Source: Chiloscyllium plagiosum | Lineage: Eukaryota | Assembly: GCF_004010195.1 (NCBI RefSeq) | Contig: NC_057710.1 | Span: 122,357,950-122,421,949, forward strand | DNA: 64,000 bases | Reading direction: 5' to 3' | Shown here: positions 63,725 through 64,000 of the stretch, piece by piece | Layout of the letters: the number at the start of each line of letters is the position of its first letter | Position numbering within the stretch: the stretch's first letter is position 1 | Position numbers and translations under genes: made by a program | Notes under the pieces: generated by a model | Told to the model about the DNA's origin: nothing | Seen by the model: only the letters and a program-made list of their open reading frames with translations | Database searches by the model: none

Positions 63725-63990
63725 AGACGTAATGATTTTAGAAAACATTTGAGAATTCCAAGTCAAGAAACAATCCAACAAAGTTACTTTTTGCCCATTC
63801 ACCCAACCTATCTCTGCCCATTACAGATTCCTTATGTCTTCATCACAATATGACCTCCCACCTATTTTTGTATTGTCAGCAAATTTGGATCCATTACCCT
63901 CTGCCCCACAACTGAGTCACTAATATAAATAGCAAATAATTGGAGTCCTAGGACTGATCCTTGTGACCAGTTACATCATTCCAACCTGTA
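63725..63990 (-). mobile_element. CR1 RT fragment
   Basis: Reverse of QGSVLGLQLFAIYISD...KFADNTKIGG. Confidence 0.75.
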
Positions 63991-64000
63991 AAAGATCCAT

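Noticed and set aside
58617-64000. Searched for the penultimate ARHGAP24 exon
   Set aside because: No minus-strand frame resembling it; ORFs here look like noise or TE relics

Overview
Vertebrate genomic DNA, almost certainly an elasmobranch (shark), judged from the HE1-type V-SINEs, HER1/CR1 LINEs and shark Penelope-type repeats. The window holds the last five coding exons of MAPK10/JNK3 on + (10852-11034, 12944-13068, 19869-19932, 22742-22819, and a last exon with two acceptors at 37648 and 37653). Convergent to it on - is the last coding exon of ARHGAP24 (58616-58373), the same tail-to-tail arrangement as in human. The rest is intron, UTR and intergenic DNA full of degraded retroelements, with three N gaps. 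Nearly all listed ORFs are TE fragments or noise. Most interesting: (1) an 11-copy 48-bp minisatellite duplicates the end of the penultimate JNK3 exon together with its splice donor. Its only in-frame stops fall in the units that would be intronic if a 96-nt mini-intron plus a 384-nt SP-rich in-frame exon were spliced. (2) A 14-residue stop-readthrough extension follows UGA-CUA in JNK3. (3) There is a U12-type branch site at the first JNK3 acceptor. (4) Several families of short Penelope-derived inserts carry minimal hammerhead-ribozyme motifs and 12-16 bp target-site duplications. TE boundaries were read by eye and are approximate; comparisons to human sequence are from memory.
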